Notes: generated by a model from the sequence alone, not told the origin. Shown: positions 23,971 through 37,150, counted from the first letter of the whole stretch. The stretch: DNA of 63,911 nucleotides, filler included, from Choristocarpus tenellus KU-1152 (GCA_964200185.2; 12 parts of 12 records of this genome joined end to end with filler, not necessarily neighbours in it), one strand, 5' to 3'. Numbers and translations: made by a program.

Positions 23971-26327
23971 TTGCGTCCGATGTTGGTACGTATTATTCAT
24001 ATTCATATCCATCCCAAGTCGACCGCGTTAACAGTTGCACATTTCTTGGTAAATAGCGACCTGGCAGGAAAGCATTACGCCGTCTCCATTTCCACGCAAT
24101 CGCTACGCTTTTTTCATATTCTCTTTGCATAGCCCAAGCACGGACATGAACCCTGCACTCCGTGCAGATCCCGCATCATCATTAATCACATGGTCCATCA
24201 CTGTTCATATAGAGACACCCTTCATGCGCTCGGCCAACCGTCGCATCCACCCCTACGTAGACATCATTGATCTTTGCTGATACCGTTGTCCTAACATTTC
24301 CCCTCCGTCTTCACAGACAGCCAGCTGGACGCCCGAAACTAATGAAGACCAAAAGACCACATACATCGTAATGTCCAACATCAGCGCGACCTGCACGATG
24401 GACCTCACAACGTCTGCCTACATGACACAGAGGTATAATGCTAACCTCCTGGACACCGATAGAGTGGAGTCTATGTTCTCTAAGCTATGGTCGGACCCAG
24501 TTGTCACTACCGATAGGCTCGCGGGTATCCTGAGTGGACAGCCTTTTTCACTGTGCTACAGATGGAAGACCATAAGCGACATGAAAGCCGACATGTGCAG
24601 GGCGAACATGCACTCTGTTGTGCCTGATGGCGAACTACTTGCAACCTACATCACCAACGGCAACCTGGACGTAGATGAGAATGGTGACGAGAGGGATATA
24701 GATGACGACGGCAACCTCTTATTTTCCCTGAATGGACAACACCGCATAATGGTGCTGAGGACAACCATTGCGCCACACACGAGGAAAATATCCCAGGTGG
24801 CATCAACCTCCCGCCGCATGTCACAGCGCGATGGGCCTCGGACGTTGGAGCAAACCTCCAGGTAGGCGATAACAGGAGCTTCAAGTGGAAGATCTATCCG
24901 CACTGCAACCGCGAAAAGGCTGAATCCTTTTCGATAGTAGAGAGTGTGGCGGCCAGTAGGTCGCATGTGCCCAACATTCTCAACATATTCCACTGGATGG
25001 TGTATTGGGTCGCCGCTATCCGGGAGTATAGGAGCGACTTCGGTTGCGACAGGTCCCACCCTTACGTCAATGACATGGAAGAGGACCCTGATCGTCGCAC
25101 GCGCATGGCGACATTGGTCACCAAGTGCAAGCAGCACTGTCTAGGTGACGTAGACTTCCGGAGTGATGACGCTGCGTTACGGATGGCTATTAAGAGGAGG
25201 GTAGCTGCCAAGATAAAGGCATTCCTCAAAGAAGCTTAGGAGGACACGCATATGGAAGCCGGGGTGAACAGACTCACAGACCAGACCTCCGTCCAATTCT
25301 TCAACGCGATTGCCACCCTTGTCTACATATGCGCGAGAGAAGGTGAGATTCTCACGGCTCCTTGAACGCAATCGTTTCGTAAAACGATTGTGAAGCACCG
25401 GGCACCTTTCGTCTAATATATCGATATTAATTCCGCGTCGGTGGTCTGACATACCCCACCCCTCTCTTCCCCTCGCTATCCTCCTACAGAGACAAAGGAA
25501 CTGGAGGAGATCCTTCTCGGCGTGTGGAAAGAGCACAAGAAGCGCGAGGGATCGAGTGTAAGCGCGATGCACCCGTTTTAATATTAGTACATGAAATACC
25601 CCCCATCGCCAACAGTCGAACAACACAGTAGTAACCCCTGCCTTCCAATACTGTGAGTTTGAATTGACGTTTCACACATGTGCAACGCTATCGACAATAT
25701 GACACACACAATGAACGAACAAACCCGCTCCCACTCCCACGTTCTTCTGTCCTGATCATATTACCTTACCCTCCACTCACCCAACGTGCACCCGACCAGG
25801 ACAAATTCGACTTCAGAGCGGTTCACATGTTCACTGTGCTGTGGAATGCCAACCCGGACGCTGCCATGGATTCCCTTAAGAACAGCGGGGGATTCACGCA
25901 CATGTACAGGACAAAGGTGGGATAAACGTTCCCAACCATTTTGTCTCCACTCGACATCGGCACATTTGACATAGGGCAGACAGTAATTGAAGGATTTGAC
26001 GTGTTCTGACGAACGGTAGAATGATCAATTTCCAGCGATCCCCATGCCCGCAAGGTCCCGATGCGCTACGCACATCCCCTGCTTTCCCCTCCCTGGCATA
26101 TACACTGCCAATTTTAATTCCTCGACATCCTCAAAGCTCGTTCTTTATGGGTATCCTAACCACACTCTGTCGCACATCTGATGTACATGTAGCTCATGAA
26201 CGAGGTCAGGGAGCAGTATTTCGCTAGAATGTGCACTGATGTTCTCGCTGGAGTCAGACTATCCATCCTAAGAGGGGAGACTCCCCAAGGTCATCGATGG
26301 CGCAACATTGTCGAAGTGACTGCGCAC

Positions 26328-26584
26328 GAGTCAAAGTATCTTGGAGGGTATAGCCGCGTCCATTTGGGGGTCAAAATCTAATGTTGGGATTTTGATATAA
26401 TTTTTTCTATCGTGTTTGTTAGGAAGTGCCAATATCCTTGTTCCAGACGCCTTTTCATAACGTATGCATTTGGCCTATTCCGAAACATTTTGGAGTAGGA
26501 AACAGTCCTAAAAAAATCCATGGGAAGCCAAGCCCCAAATGGACGAACAGGGCAATACACGTACCCTCTAAGATACTTGCACTC
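26328..26584 (-). mobile_element. MITE family A, full-length, TSD GCAC, inserted in an exon
   Basis: TIRs intact; GCAC at 26324-26327 and 26585-26588; removal restores the frame VTAH-VFSE. Confidence 0.95.
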
Positions 26585-28364
26585 GCACGTCTTCTCAGAG
26601 TAGGCAGCCAGAAAACTGCCTACTGATGCGCTCGAGTTGACATATGTTGTCGGGACAGAGACAGTTCCAGAGGAATGGGTAAGTCGATTTTGACCGTGAC
26701 GATTGAAGTAGCGTATGGATGTGTATGCGTATACCCCCCTCCTAACCCTGCAACAGCCGCAATATTTACCACCTAGTTCGTACCCCACAAGACAGACACC
26801 TGTGTCATCCATGTCACTCACCGTTCCAGCACCCATGTGCTTCTCCACGACAGTTCTCCCACACCCTTAGGGGCGTCCGGAACAAATGACGCCCAGCCGA
26901 CCAAGACAAAGGAAAGAAGAAGACAAGAGGAAAGGGGAAGAAAAATAATCCAGGAGTCGCCGATCCAGACCCGGCGTCTGCCGCCAAGGCGGAGGAGGAT
27001 TGGGAAGCGTAACCCTGGAGGGTGCAGTTGGCATACCTGAGACGTATGCACACCAAGGACGTACTCATCAAGGGGGCCGTCCTGGAGGTCGCACTTCAGG
27101 TTATGAAGGACCTGAAAGAGAAGGACAGGCTCGGGATAGACCCCTACGCCAACAATTCACCAGGAGAGTCTGCAGCAGAGGGTCCTCCTACCAAGAAATG
27201 CACCATCAGGGACAACGTACAGAATAGTATTAGTTCATCACTTCACCTATGCACCACATTTCAGTTCGTCGTGTAAAGCCATATCACAATAAACGCCCTG
27301 ATTGCGCATATTTATCTACCCCATCAATTCCACTGGTGAAAAGAGACCTCGTGTTGATGCGGGATGTGGAGGAGGGCACAATATACCTGGACATCATCAA
27401 ATACTCTGAGGACATTACCCTCAGTAACGACCACGAACACACAGGCGAGCAATTGCATCATTGCACGACATCGCCATAGGTTACCATCCAAACACCCTTC
27501 CCCACACCAAACACACAACTCTCTTCCATCCTATCGACGCTCGACAGTTACACAACAAATGTTGTTGTCACAGGGTTCTCCGGTTCTTTCAAGGGTTGCG
27601 AAGTTGCTCGTCGTATACGCTGTGTCGTACTTTGCCTATGTTGTACCGATCGTCAGAACCCGGCGAAAAGAGAGAAATTATGTCGTGGTTACATGCTAGT
27701 CCTGTACGCTTCCACTTCAACCTTTCTTACCAGCCCTATTCGTCCCCCTGTCCTGGGGGCTCCCATCATCTGCACACCTTCAAAGAACCGCCACTAGTCT
27801 GGTCCATCCATCCTTTCCGCAGCCCCTGTATTCTCCTCTGCATCCTTCTCCGCATACTCCTTCTCACGAACCTCTATCTCATCCCTCGCCTCCTAACACT
27901 AACAACTCCTCCCGTTATTTTTACCCCCACTTCGCCACGACCTTTGCAGCTCCTCCGCCATCACAGAGATAACGCGTGTTACTCACATTTTGATATGCCA
28001 GAGAACCTATCGACGTCCGAGCTCAACCTCAATAAGTTCAAGTCCGAGACCAACGCAGCTCACGAGAGAGAAGTCGCCCTTCTCCAAACACGACCGGGAG
28101 GCCTGGTCATCACATGCGCAGCCCTCGGGGACAACCTTGACCCGGATCGTATCAAACTCCTGCAGGACAAGCTCTCGATATTGACCAATTTTGCACTGGT
28201 GAAGACTCCGGTAGCTGGTGGCGTATTCACCAGCATACCTTGTGGGAGACCCGACACACCAGGTGCTCGAGAGGAGCAAGATAACACATCACCTAGCCCT
28301 GCAGTAGGTGTGGGAAGCAGGAATCTAGAGAGGGGGAGGCATACAATCACACCCTTGGAACATG

Positions 28365-28877
28365 ACTCTCAAGGTGATGGGGGCCGACCCGTTTGTAACG
28401 TATTGTCAGGCCCAGAGGAATTTCGTATGGAGGACGTGAGGGGGCGGCTAGGCAACGACTCGGAGTACACACCTAACAAGAGTGCAACAGGGATGTCCAC
28501 ACGCCCGCTCAGTGGACAGCGGCGGAACTGAGTCACAAGTACCAGGGAACATGTGCGACCACAATGTGAGGCGAATCGAAAACCGCGTACATATTGATCG
28601 TAACACAACTCCGAGGGAGAAGAGTTCCAAGAAGGACTAAGGGAAGCGCAAAAGGACCCTTATTAGGAAAAAGAGGGTTAGAGAAGACTCTGAAGACGAG
28701 GTGGACCGGCCCGTTTGTTTTGACTTGTCAGGTCCGGAGGAACTTCCTACGGAGGACGTGAGAGGGCGGCTAGGCGAGGACTCAGAATACACGCATGTCA
28801 GGAGTGCCACAGGGATGTCCACGAACACCTGTTCAGTGGACAGCGGCGGAACTGAGTCACAAGTACCGGGGAACGTG
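28365..28877 (+). repeat. Internal direct duplication, about 190 bp (28365-28553 / 28686-28877)
   Basis: TGTCAGG.CC.GAGGAA...GGAGGACGTGAG.GGGCGGCTAGGC...AGTGGACAGCGGCGGAACTGAGTCACAAGTACC occurs twice. Confidence 0.9.
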
Positions 28878-29024
28878 TACGGCTAGAGCGTGGGGCGGGG
28901 AGAGAGCCGCGAACATGGTGGTCGNNNNNNNNNNNNNNNNNNNNNNNNNNNNNNNNNNNNNNNNNNNNTTAATTAATTAANNNNNNNNNNNNNNNNNNNN
29001 NNNNNNNNNNNNNNNNNNNNNNNN

Positions 29025-29073
29025 TTTTGATCCCCAAATGGACGCGGCTCTACCCTCTAAGATACTTTGGCTC
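29025..29073 (+). mobile_element. MITE family A right end at contig start
   Basis: CCCCAAATGGACGCGGCTCTACCCTCTAAGATACTTTGGCTC. Confidence 0.9.
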
Positions 29074-30350
29074 ATTTGATACGTGATTGAGTAGTGTTCG
29101 GATTGGATGAACTGGGTATGGCAATGAATATTTCTCTCCTCCTTTTCTCATATGACCTGGGGAAATTGACAGCATGGCATGCTAGTAGTGCGTTGCATAG
29201 ATAGTATAGGTTGTAACTAGCTATAGCGCTTTTATCTGTAACACCGCATCGAGCCCAAAATATACACATAATATGACGTACTTTAGTTTTACGCACCCTT
29301 GCATGATGACATGTGGTTTCTTCCGTTTCTTTCTTCTGCCATAGCGTGGCGAAGAAAACGCAAAAAACTATCCTCCTTTTTGTCCCCTTGCCTCACTTAT
29401 CTTTCAGTATCTTCAGTTGTCCCCTATAAGATGGGTTCAAGTCTAACGTTTTGGTACTATACAGTAGTTTACCAACTTCGTAGGTTGCGTTTCCATGGGT
29501 ATCCTCACATCCCTAATGTCCAGATATACTACTTGCCTATCTTGTTATGTGTAGTCCATACGATAACAACATTTCCCCCCCAAAAAACTCTGTGTTTCAA
29601 CAAAAACATTTTGAGATGTTACACATTCATGTACTATGTGGGATTGGAATCTAAAGTGAGATAAAAGGAGCGAAAAATAATGCTTCATACGATTATTGGT
29701 ACATCCAGTTGAAAATAATTTTTCCACTGTATTGGAGTTTCCTCTGTTTCTACTTCGTGTTAGCACTATTTCTTTACACATGTTCATTCATCGATATTTT
29801 TATTAGCTAGGCCACCTTCTACGTGGGACCAATCTTGGGGTAGTTTTCTTTTCAATCTTAATTTCAGGAAGAAAATCAACCACAAAAAAAAATGGGGGAC
29901 ACAAGGGACCAAATTACACTATCGTCCACTTTTGTTGTAATCAATTTTCTTCCAAACAATAAGGCTGAAAGGCCTTTTTGAACAAGATTGCTCCAGCATA
30001 AGAGATGGACTTATATATCTCATTTTGTAAACAGCATAACCAATCCAATGTCAAAACATCCATCCCAGAGGGTCTTTTTTCTACATTCACAAAATCTTGA
30101 TGAGGGTTACCTTAATTTGGGGCATCATAATGGAAGGTCAGGTAGATTATCACATTTATCAACCCCTCAGATAATGGCCATGATACACTCCCCTCTAGCT
30201 TAATTCGCCTCAATTGTAGTTGCACCACGGTACACACACACACACACACACACACGCACACTACGACACATGTCCTAGTCAATGATAGTGTACTCTTGAG
30301 GTACTATCCATCATACACAGAGTAACTTTTACTCTATGAAATGGCACAGT

Positions 30351-30600
30351 GAGTCAAAGCAAAGGAGAGATACCCAGAAGAGTTGCATATTAAGCAAATA
30401 TGTGTTAAAAGTCGTCCCTTTTTTATGTGTATAGGATAATTTCTGAAATGTAACGGAAATTTACAAACATTAGAAGGCCAACCGTCTCAAGTCAAACTTG
30501 GCTCTCCATCCATAGAAATATGGATGAATTGCAAGAAATTGAAAAACTGTCTTACAATGCAAAGCGGTAAAAGACTGGGTACCTCTGGTTTACTTTGGCT
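30351..30600 (+). mobile_element. MITE family D copy
   Basis: GAGTCAAAGCAAAGGAGAGATACCCAG...CTGGGTACCTCTGGTTTACTTTGGCT; similar to 17398-17650. Confidence 0.7.
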
Positions 30601-31435
30601 AAAATGTATAAATCATCAACCAATTTGGGATGTTATCTTTTTTCATCAAACAGGGTGCTGAGCAAATAATCAATGAAGACCTTAAAATTTAGTGGACAAG
30701 CACAACCATGCAAAGAATTATTACTGGGATTCATGCCATGCCCTTAGTAACCAAAGACTCTGCTGTCTCGTGCCAAACGTAAAAGTAATCCATAAAACAT
30801 ACAGGTGGGCTGATGGTGGCGCTCTATTCGGCCGAACTACCATGCCATACCCCAGAGTTATACCTCTGCGGTATGTTGTGTAGAGGCGTAGATAGGCTAA
30901 GATAGTGCTGACGACACCAAACGCTGTGTCTTTCGATCTTTGACCCAGAATAAGGAGGACCAGGGAAGGATATCGTTGGACCCCTTGGCTGTTTCCACAC
31001 AAAAAAGAGACACCCTGCATCATGACAGTGGATGGCATTGTCGCGGCGTAGGTGTAAGTGTAGCTATGACTGACTGTAAGACGAGTATTCTTCATCAGGA
31101 AGGCTGCACTGGGCACAAGCAGTCGATGTATAAATTGGCCAGCGCCACCACTCGAATGCCATACCACATTTTCATAAAATGGAGAAGAATTTTCTTGATA
31201 CCCTCTCTGCCTTTTTTCTTTGAAGGCACCCCCCATATATGGGAGAACCAGAAAAGCAGGAGAGAATGCCTGTCCGCAAGGTCACTTTTTTGCTTACTAC
31301 AGTCATTCGTCATGTTTTGGCTGCCACAAGTGTACCAGAATATACGAGGCTGCCTGATACCAATACTACTATTGATAGCATTCTTAAGGGTAGTGTGATA
31401 TGATGGATCTATCCATTGATCCTTCAGCGAATAAC

Positions 31436-31613
31436 AGCTCATATTATCTGGGGGGGTGGCGGCTGTCCATTTGGGATCATTTTGTTCCTGTCGCGATTTT
31501 GTGTGATTTAGTTGCATACGTTGTATGGATAATGTATGTGCACTTTTCCTGGTTTTGGCCCAAATGGACACCCTGGTGTAGAAAAGCGACCCCCCCCAAA
31601 ACAAAAGCCGCAA
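31436..31613 (+). mobile_element. MITE family B, near-complete, ending at contig edge
   Basis: TATCT-Gn-TGGCGGCTGTCCATTTGGG...GTGCACTTTTCCTGG...CCCAAATGGACAC; reverse complement of 62545-62712 and 63833-63911. Confidence 0.8.
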
Positions 31614-31788
31614 NNNNNNNNNNNNNNNNNNNNNNNNNNNNNNNNNNNNNNNNNNNNTTAATTAATTAANNNNNNNNNNNNNNNNNNNNNNNNNNNNNNN
31701 NNNNNNNNNNNNNTCCGTGGGCGGCGTGTGGGGGGGTGGGGGGGGGGGGGGTTGTGTGGGTGGGGGGGGGGGGGGGGGGGGGTGGGCG

Positions 31789-31828
<40 letters not shown>

Positions 31829-33559
31829 ATGCGGAGCTCCGACTGAGAAGGCATCAAGGGGTGAATATTTTGTCCATCGGTTGAGATTGGGATCGTGACA
31901 GGGACGGGACGGGACGGGACGGGATGTGATGTAAAATTAAAAAATCAAACAAAACGTTTTGAGCGACATGAAACACGAAGCAGGCAGAGAGCTAGCTAGA
32001 GCTGTTGCAAAAACAAAAAAAACAAGAAAACGCTTCTGCAGTACGCCTTCCTGACTGCATGGAACGAGTGCAGCCCTAACTGCCCAGGGGGAAAGAATAA
32101 AATATATTTACCCCGCATAGATCAATATATATATATATATATATATATACCTACCCTATATTAAAGAGCATTCAAATAATACACCGATTGCTGCTGCAGA
32201 GGACAGCATCAGTCACCCACGCATTACATGAAGGTGCTGGGGCACATCACGGTGGGGGTTGTTTCATGGAGATGCTATTCAGTCAACCAGAGGCATTCAA
32301 CGGTCGTCACTCTATGATACTGTACAATGTACCCTCAAAATACGCACAACTATCTCAAGCTAGTTGTCACCGGTGGACCTTCCAAACCACTGTCAAGGAG
32401 ACACGCCTTCCTGTACAATATGAACTGCGGTAGTGCATCCTGCTGCTGTGTGGAATTTCTACTTTTCACTGCTGTGGTATGAACAAATGTATGAGGCCGC
32501 AGATGCATAAACTGGGCAGAGAGCTATGTGCAGCCAGCCCTCATCTGCACTTGACCTCATAGGGTTCAAAAAAAGGCAACAGTCCTTGGCACTCCAAGCA
32601 TGTGCTCTGAGGTAACTTTTGAGTATCACTGTCAGAGGTGCGCACGAGCAGTCTGAACTTACAACACTATTGCGCATCCCTTTAGGGTACAAGCAAATTC
32701 CACCGGGGCAGTCTATGCCATCAAAACATGTATCCCATAAGGAGTACAAAAAATACCACTTAGTGTCAAAATGACGTGAAATTGAAATCGCAACCACTTC
32801 CAACACCCCCTTCCGCTGGACTTGCGACAGATTAACCCCCCATCAAAAAACCATTATCGTTGCATGTCATGCACAGCAGGAACTGGCGCCACTGCCTGCC
32901 AACAAACTAGAAAAAGGTACAGAACAGAACAAGGGGATACTAAGAAACGGACAACACGACAAGCCCAATGTCCTTGTGTGCCAGGGAGATATGAAATAGG
33001 CGTCTACCTTGAAGGTCTTGACATCAACCAGGAGGTTCTTGTGCTTATCTCGGTTCAGGCTGTGAGTCCTGCCAGCAGACAACAGGGTCGAGCCCTTAGA
33101 TACTTGCAGGGGTGCAGCCGCTGCCACCTGGTTATCATTGCTAATTGCTGGGGGTTGTTCCATGAGGCCAAGTTCGACAGTTGGAGAACAAGGAGAGCGG
33201 GCGGCAGAGGGGGGGGGGGACTCAAGTAATGCTAGGAAAGATTAAATGCTGGGTTGGACACTCTTTCTCTCTTTCTCACTCTATTTTTCTTTTTGACACC
33301 CATCNNNNNNNNNNGGGTTGTTCCATGAGGCCAAGTTCGACAGTGCGAGAACAAGGAGAGGGGCGGGCAGGGGGGGGGGTGACTCAAGTAATGCTAGGAA
33401 AGATTAATAGCTGGGTCGACCACTCTCTCTCTCTCTCTCACTCTATTTCTCTTTCTGACACGCACCCACATAGGCAATTCACTACCACACCGGCTCTAAC
33501 ATGGAACTACTGTTCATATCCAAGTGCAATTTATTCCTTGTAACTGCAATCAATTTCCA

Positions 33560-34100
33560 AAACAAGGTTTCCATGTTACAAGTGGGCACTTTCCTGAAAC
33601 ATCATGGGGAGACCATGGCGTGTTCATTACTTAATGCGTTTGTAGTAGATCTGGCAACAAATATAATGTTGGCCTCGAGCAAGTGCCCTGAGCTGTATGT
33701 GTGGTGACTAAGGGAGGGTAAGGTACTTGTCACTGGCACACTCTTACAGAACAAAGGTCTGGTCGAGCTCAAACCACTGAATGGTGACTCTACTACTGCA
33801 TCTACCACAAAATGTATACAGGAAAAGCGAAAAAACAGTGAGCGACAGCATCATTGCACTCTCTCATGCACTTTGCCATATGACTGTAGATAAGTTGGTG
33901 AAGGGTGCAGGGTTAAGGGCACAAGAAAACAAGGCAAGCGCGAGATGGAATACCATCATTACCAAGGACTGCACCAAGTTGGAGGCTGTGAAAAAATGCA
34001 TAGAGTGTCATCTGCAATGCATGGGATTGAGACTTCCTCAAAATGATAGGAACAAGGGACCTTGTCTCCTCCCTCACATCAGGTTGCCCTGACTGACCTT
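33560..34100 (+). pseudogene. Decayed Copia protease / GAG-pre-integrase remnant
   Basis: LSHALCH..VDKLVK.AG...CIECHLQCMGLRLP resembles H..LGH....L.K.A...C..C...KG.R.P. Confidence 0.35.
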
Positions 34101-35634
34101 CTATCTATGGCCAACACTTTCTATTTCCCAGGATTCTATCCTACGCCAAATCATTGGCTCCTTGCGTCACTGGGGAGACTTACCAGATATTTTTCGGCGC
34201 TTGTTGACTCTTTTCTCGTTCTGGGAGAAAACGGGAGTATTGGACGCGGCCCCGGAAACCTTCATCCTCTCGACAGATGAACTATCCTCATTGGGCTTCT
34301 GCTTGGAACATGAGTGGAGTGATGGGCATGAAGAATCTTCTGACACGTAGTTGGTAGAAGAAGTTGATATATTTTCCTGCATGGTTCGTATATCAAAGAG
34401 ATCATTCCGTGGGTGGCAGTCGATTATAGAAGTTTTCCGAGGTGCATTCGGGAAATAGGAGCAGGGAAGGCTTCTTTCTAACCTGATGCAAAAATGCACC
34501 AAGCGAAAATCATAACCATATGGTAAGTACTAACAGGGAGTGGCTCAGGCAAGCACCGGTAGACACGCCCTATTCTTCAAGGTGACGTCAATATCGAATT
34601 TAACATCATGTCATGAAAACTAACCTTGGAACCGGTTTCGTACCTGAACCCATAAAAACAATATCGATTTTTCATTGGACGTATCCACTAATCTCCCTAT
34701 TACAGAGACGCTTAATGATCCAAACTGGGGGTTGTGCGGCTACCACGCTGAGGGAGATGTCCCTAACATGGAGCTTTTGGACTCGAAACGGTCGAGATAC
34801 GACACCTAAATTCCGAACGGCCTTGGCACTTACCATGAGAAAGGGAACACTCCCTCAGAAAGGTACCCTTATGATCCAATCTTCGGCAGTGACCAAGCAC
34901 GGAAGGCGTCGGGGACGATGCACCGGGCGTAACTAATTGGACCCAAGTCCTTACTGCATCTCTGACGCAAGTAACACAGAGGTCTAGGACGCACAGTCAG
35001 ATAGATGAATTAGAACGTGACGCGGGATATAGGTAACACAAATATGGATGCCCTTCTTTCACGATTGATAGGGGTAGGGGGGCAGACAGGGTATCTTTCT
35101 CCTGTGGTTGGAAAGGTCAAATTGAGCTATTCCAAGGTACTTCACATCACACCACATTCAAATTGGTGTAGATTAAATTAGTCTGGGTGCCCAGAGCATC
35201 GATCTGGGCGCTTAGAGCGATCAAATTACATCATAACTACTTCATGATACTTCTTACTCTTCTTGTGATCGTCTTTCGTTTCTCCCGCACTTCAAACCAC
35301 CTGGTTGTGAGGTAGGTTCCTGCGTCTGTGTCGCGACACTCTTACCCCAGGTGCTCCGTAGATGGTAATTAGGGAAACGCATCATTTCATCCCATTATTA
35401 TCAACTCAAGAACTTCGTGCATCCGAGCATTTGGTTGATATGTAATGAGGGTTGTGTGGTCTTCGTGACAGAGTAACTAAGGTTGAATGTTCCTCTACAA
35501 TGCTCATATTGTCCCTGTCAGCAAGAGCACTCTAATAGAGTATATTATTGTTTGAAGTTCTTATCTCGTGATCTCATCCAAGACCCAAGGAAGTGGTTCG
35601 AATGACATTCAACCCCCTGTACTGACCAATAAAG

Positions 35635-36426
35635 GGAGTCGACGAGGGACAGTTGCGAGGAGATGGAGTTATGGGCAATGCAGCTAGAGAATGGGGATGG
35701 AGTGACTGAACTGGTAAGCACTTTGACTTATGAAGCCAACGCGTGTTTCTTTCTCATTTAATTTGGTGATCATCACTGCATTGGTGTATTAGCAACTCCA
35801 AACCCTATTTTGAATCTTTCCGCACCAACCGAGGCAGGCCGGACTTGCGGTGGACGCGCGTGGGGACGTGGTGCTGGCGGGACATGTCTCTGAGGATTCT
35901 TCCAATCCTCAGCTATCTAGAAACAAGGATGCTTTGGTACTGAAGCTCGATTCGAAGGACGGGAAAAGGTTATGGAGCAGGTTCGTATGCTGCTCACGAC
36001 GCAGTGCACAAGTCCACGCTGTTCCGAGAAAGGTGTACCAGGCCATTGCCTTACTCTACTGTTTATGAGATGGAAGAAGCACGTACTCGATTTGCTCTGC
36101 AACTTCAAACTGGACACGGACGTATCAGGGCGACCAAAGAATGGAAGTCTTCAAGTTTAGAAAGTGTTTTTCTTGTTGAACATGGTAGTAATAACAGACA
36201 TACATTTGGTCGCCCACAATAGCATAAAAGCTATTGGATTGATTCTTTCCCGGTCTCTCCCCTGCCGCAAACAATGCCAACGTTGCTCTACAATTATCTA
36301 AAACCTGACCATCACAACAATGGGTCCTCCACTTGACCATTCTCAATGCTCCTGTACTACCCCCCCCCTACCCTAAAACTCAGGCGGCTGGGCTTGATGG
36401 GGCTGCACGACTGGAGCTCCGCAGTA
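35635..36426 (+). CDS. SBBP/PQQ-like beta-propeller repeat protein, partial; exons 35635-35713, 35838-35980, 36384-36426
   Basis: Spliced peptide ELWAMQL...AGLAVDARGDVVLAGH...DALVLKLDSKDGKRLWSRRLG..HDWSSAV; phases consistent. Confidence 0.7.
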
Positions 36427-36526
36427 NNNNNNNNNNNNNNNNNNNNNNNNNNNNNNNNNNNNNNNNNNNNTTAATTAATTAANNNNNNNNNNNNNNNNNN
36501 NNNNNNNNNNNNNNNNNNNNNNNNNN

Positions 36527-36600
36527 TTTTTGAGCACTTCGTCCGGACGGAAACGGACGCCCCCTCACAACCCCCCCCCCCCCCCCAGATACTTTGACCC
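36527..36600 (+). mobile_element. MITE family C right end at contig start
   Basis: GGAC.GAAACGGACG.CCCCTCACAA-Cn-AGATACTTTGACCC; matches 38860-38910. Confidence 0.75.
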
Positions 36601-36744
36601 AACACATCCATAATCCGTCGACACATTACATCAAAGAAACACTTCACTAACCCGAAAGTAAACCCTGACCCTTTTCCCTTCCTTTATGCCAACAACTTTA
36701 TCCCTAACACCCTGAGCGACGACCCCGTTTGTATAGAAATACTA

Positions 36745-37150
36745 AATCCGACACATGCAAGCAAATAAACGAAATTCTAGATTTAATACAGTACATAGAT
36801 TATTTTGTAATTCCTCGTGCACACACCGGGACAACAGACCCTAACTGACAGTCCTCTTTGTGTACATAGCAGACACGACTCATGCAAGCTAATAAACGAA
36901 AAAACTAACCTCGAAACAGTCCATTGTCTTTTTTTCAGTTCCTCGTGCTAACACTGGGAAAACACACCCTAACCGATAGCCCTCTTTATGTGCTAACCAA
37001 ATCCCACTCATTCAACCAAACAAACTAATAACTAGACCTGAAACAACCAATGGCATATCTCTCATTCCTCATCCTAAATGTGTACAACCAGCATACACAT
37101 CGACGTAAACCTGTTTGAACACATTCGAAATCCGACACATGCAACTCCTA
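36745..37150 (+). repeat. Diverged tandem repeat, about 127-bp unit x3+
   Basis: AAATCCGACACATGCAA-like landmark at about 36745, 36871, 36999, 37128; TTCCTCGTGC...ACCCTAAC shared. Confidence 0.75.

Larger units (their letters stand above)
24317..28900 (+). pseudogene. Multi-exon ParB/Srx-fold (DGQHR-like) protein pseudogene, family A copy 1; approximate exons 24317-25342, 25490-25557, 25790-25916, 26193-26678, 26854-27216, 27343-27424, 27968 onward
   Basis: YNANLLDTDRVESMFSKL...LAGIL...LLFSLNGQHRIMVL (NGQHR 24731-24745)...WKIY..REKAESFS..ES follows the ParB-N helix / GxHR / strand-helix order. Splice sites are conserved with the paralog at 37996-39357. Disabled by a frameshift near 24765-24820, TAG at 25237 (TGG in the paralog) and a MITE insertion. 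Confidence 0.6.

Noticed and set aside
31400-31857. Hydrophobic ORF and poly-Pro ORF
   Set aside because: Translations of a family B MITE and of a poly-G run at contig edges.
33150-33470. Direct duplication flanking a 10-N gap (also 54905-55093)
   Set aside because: Typical scaffolding overlap or allelic artefact, although the 33 kb copies differ slightly.
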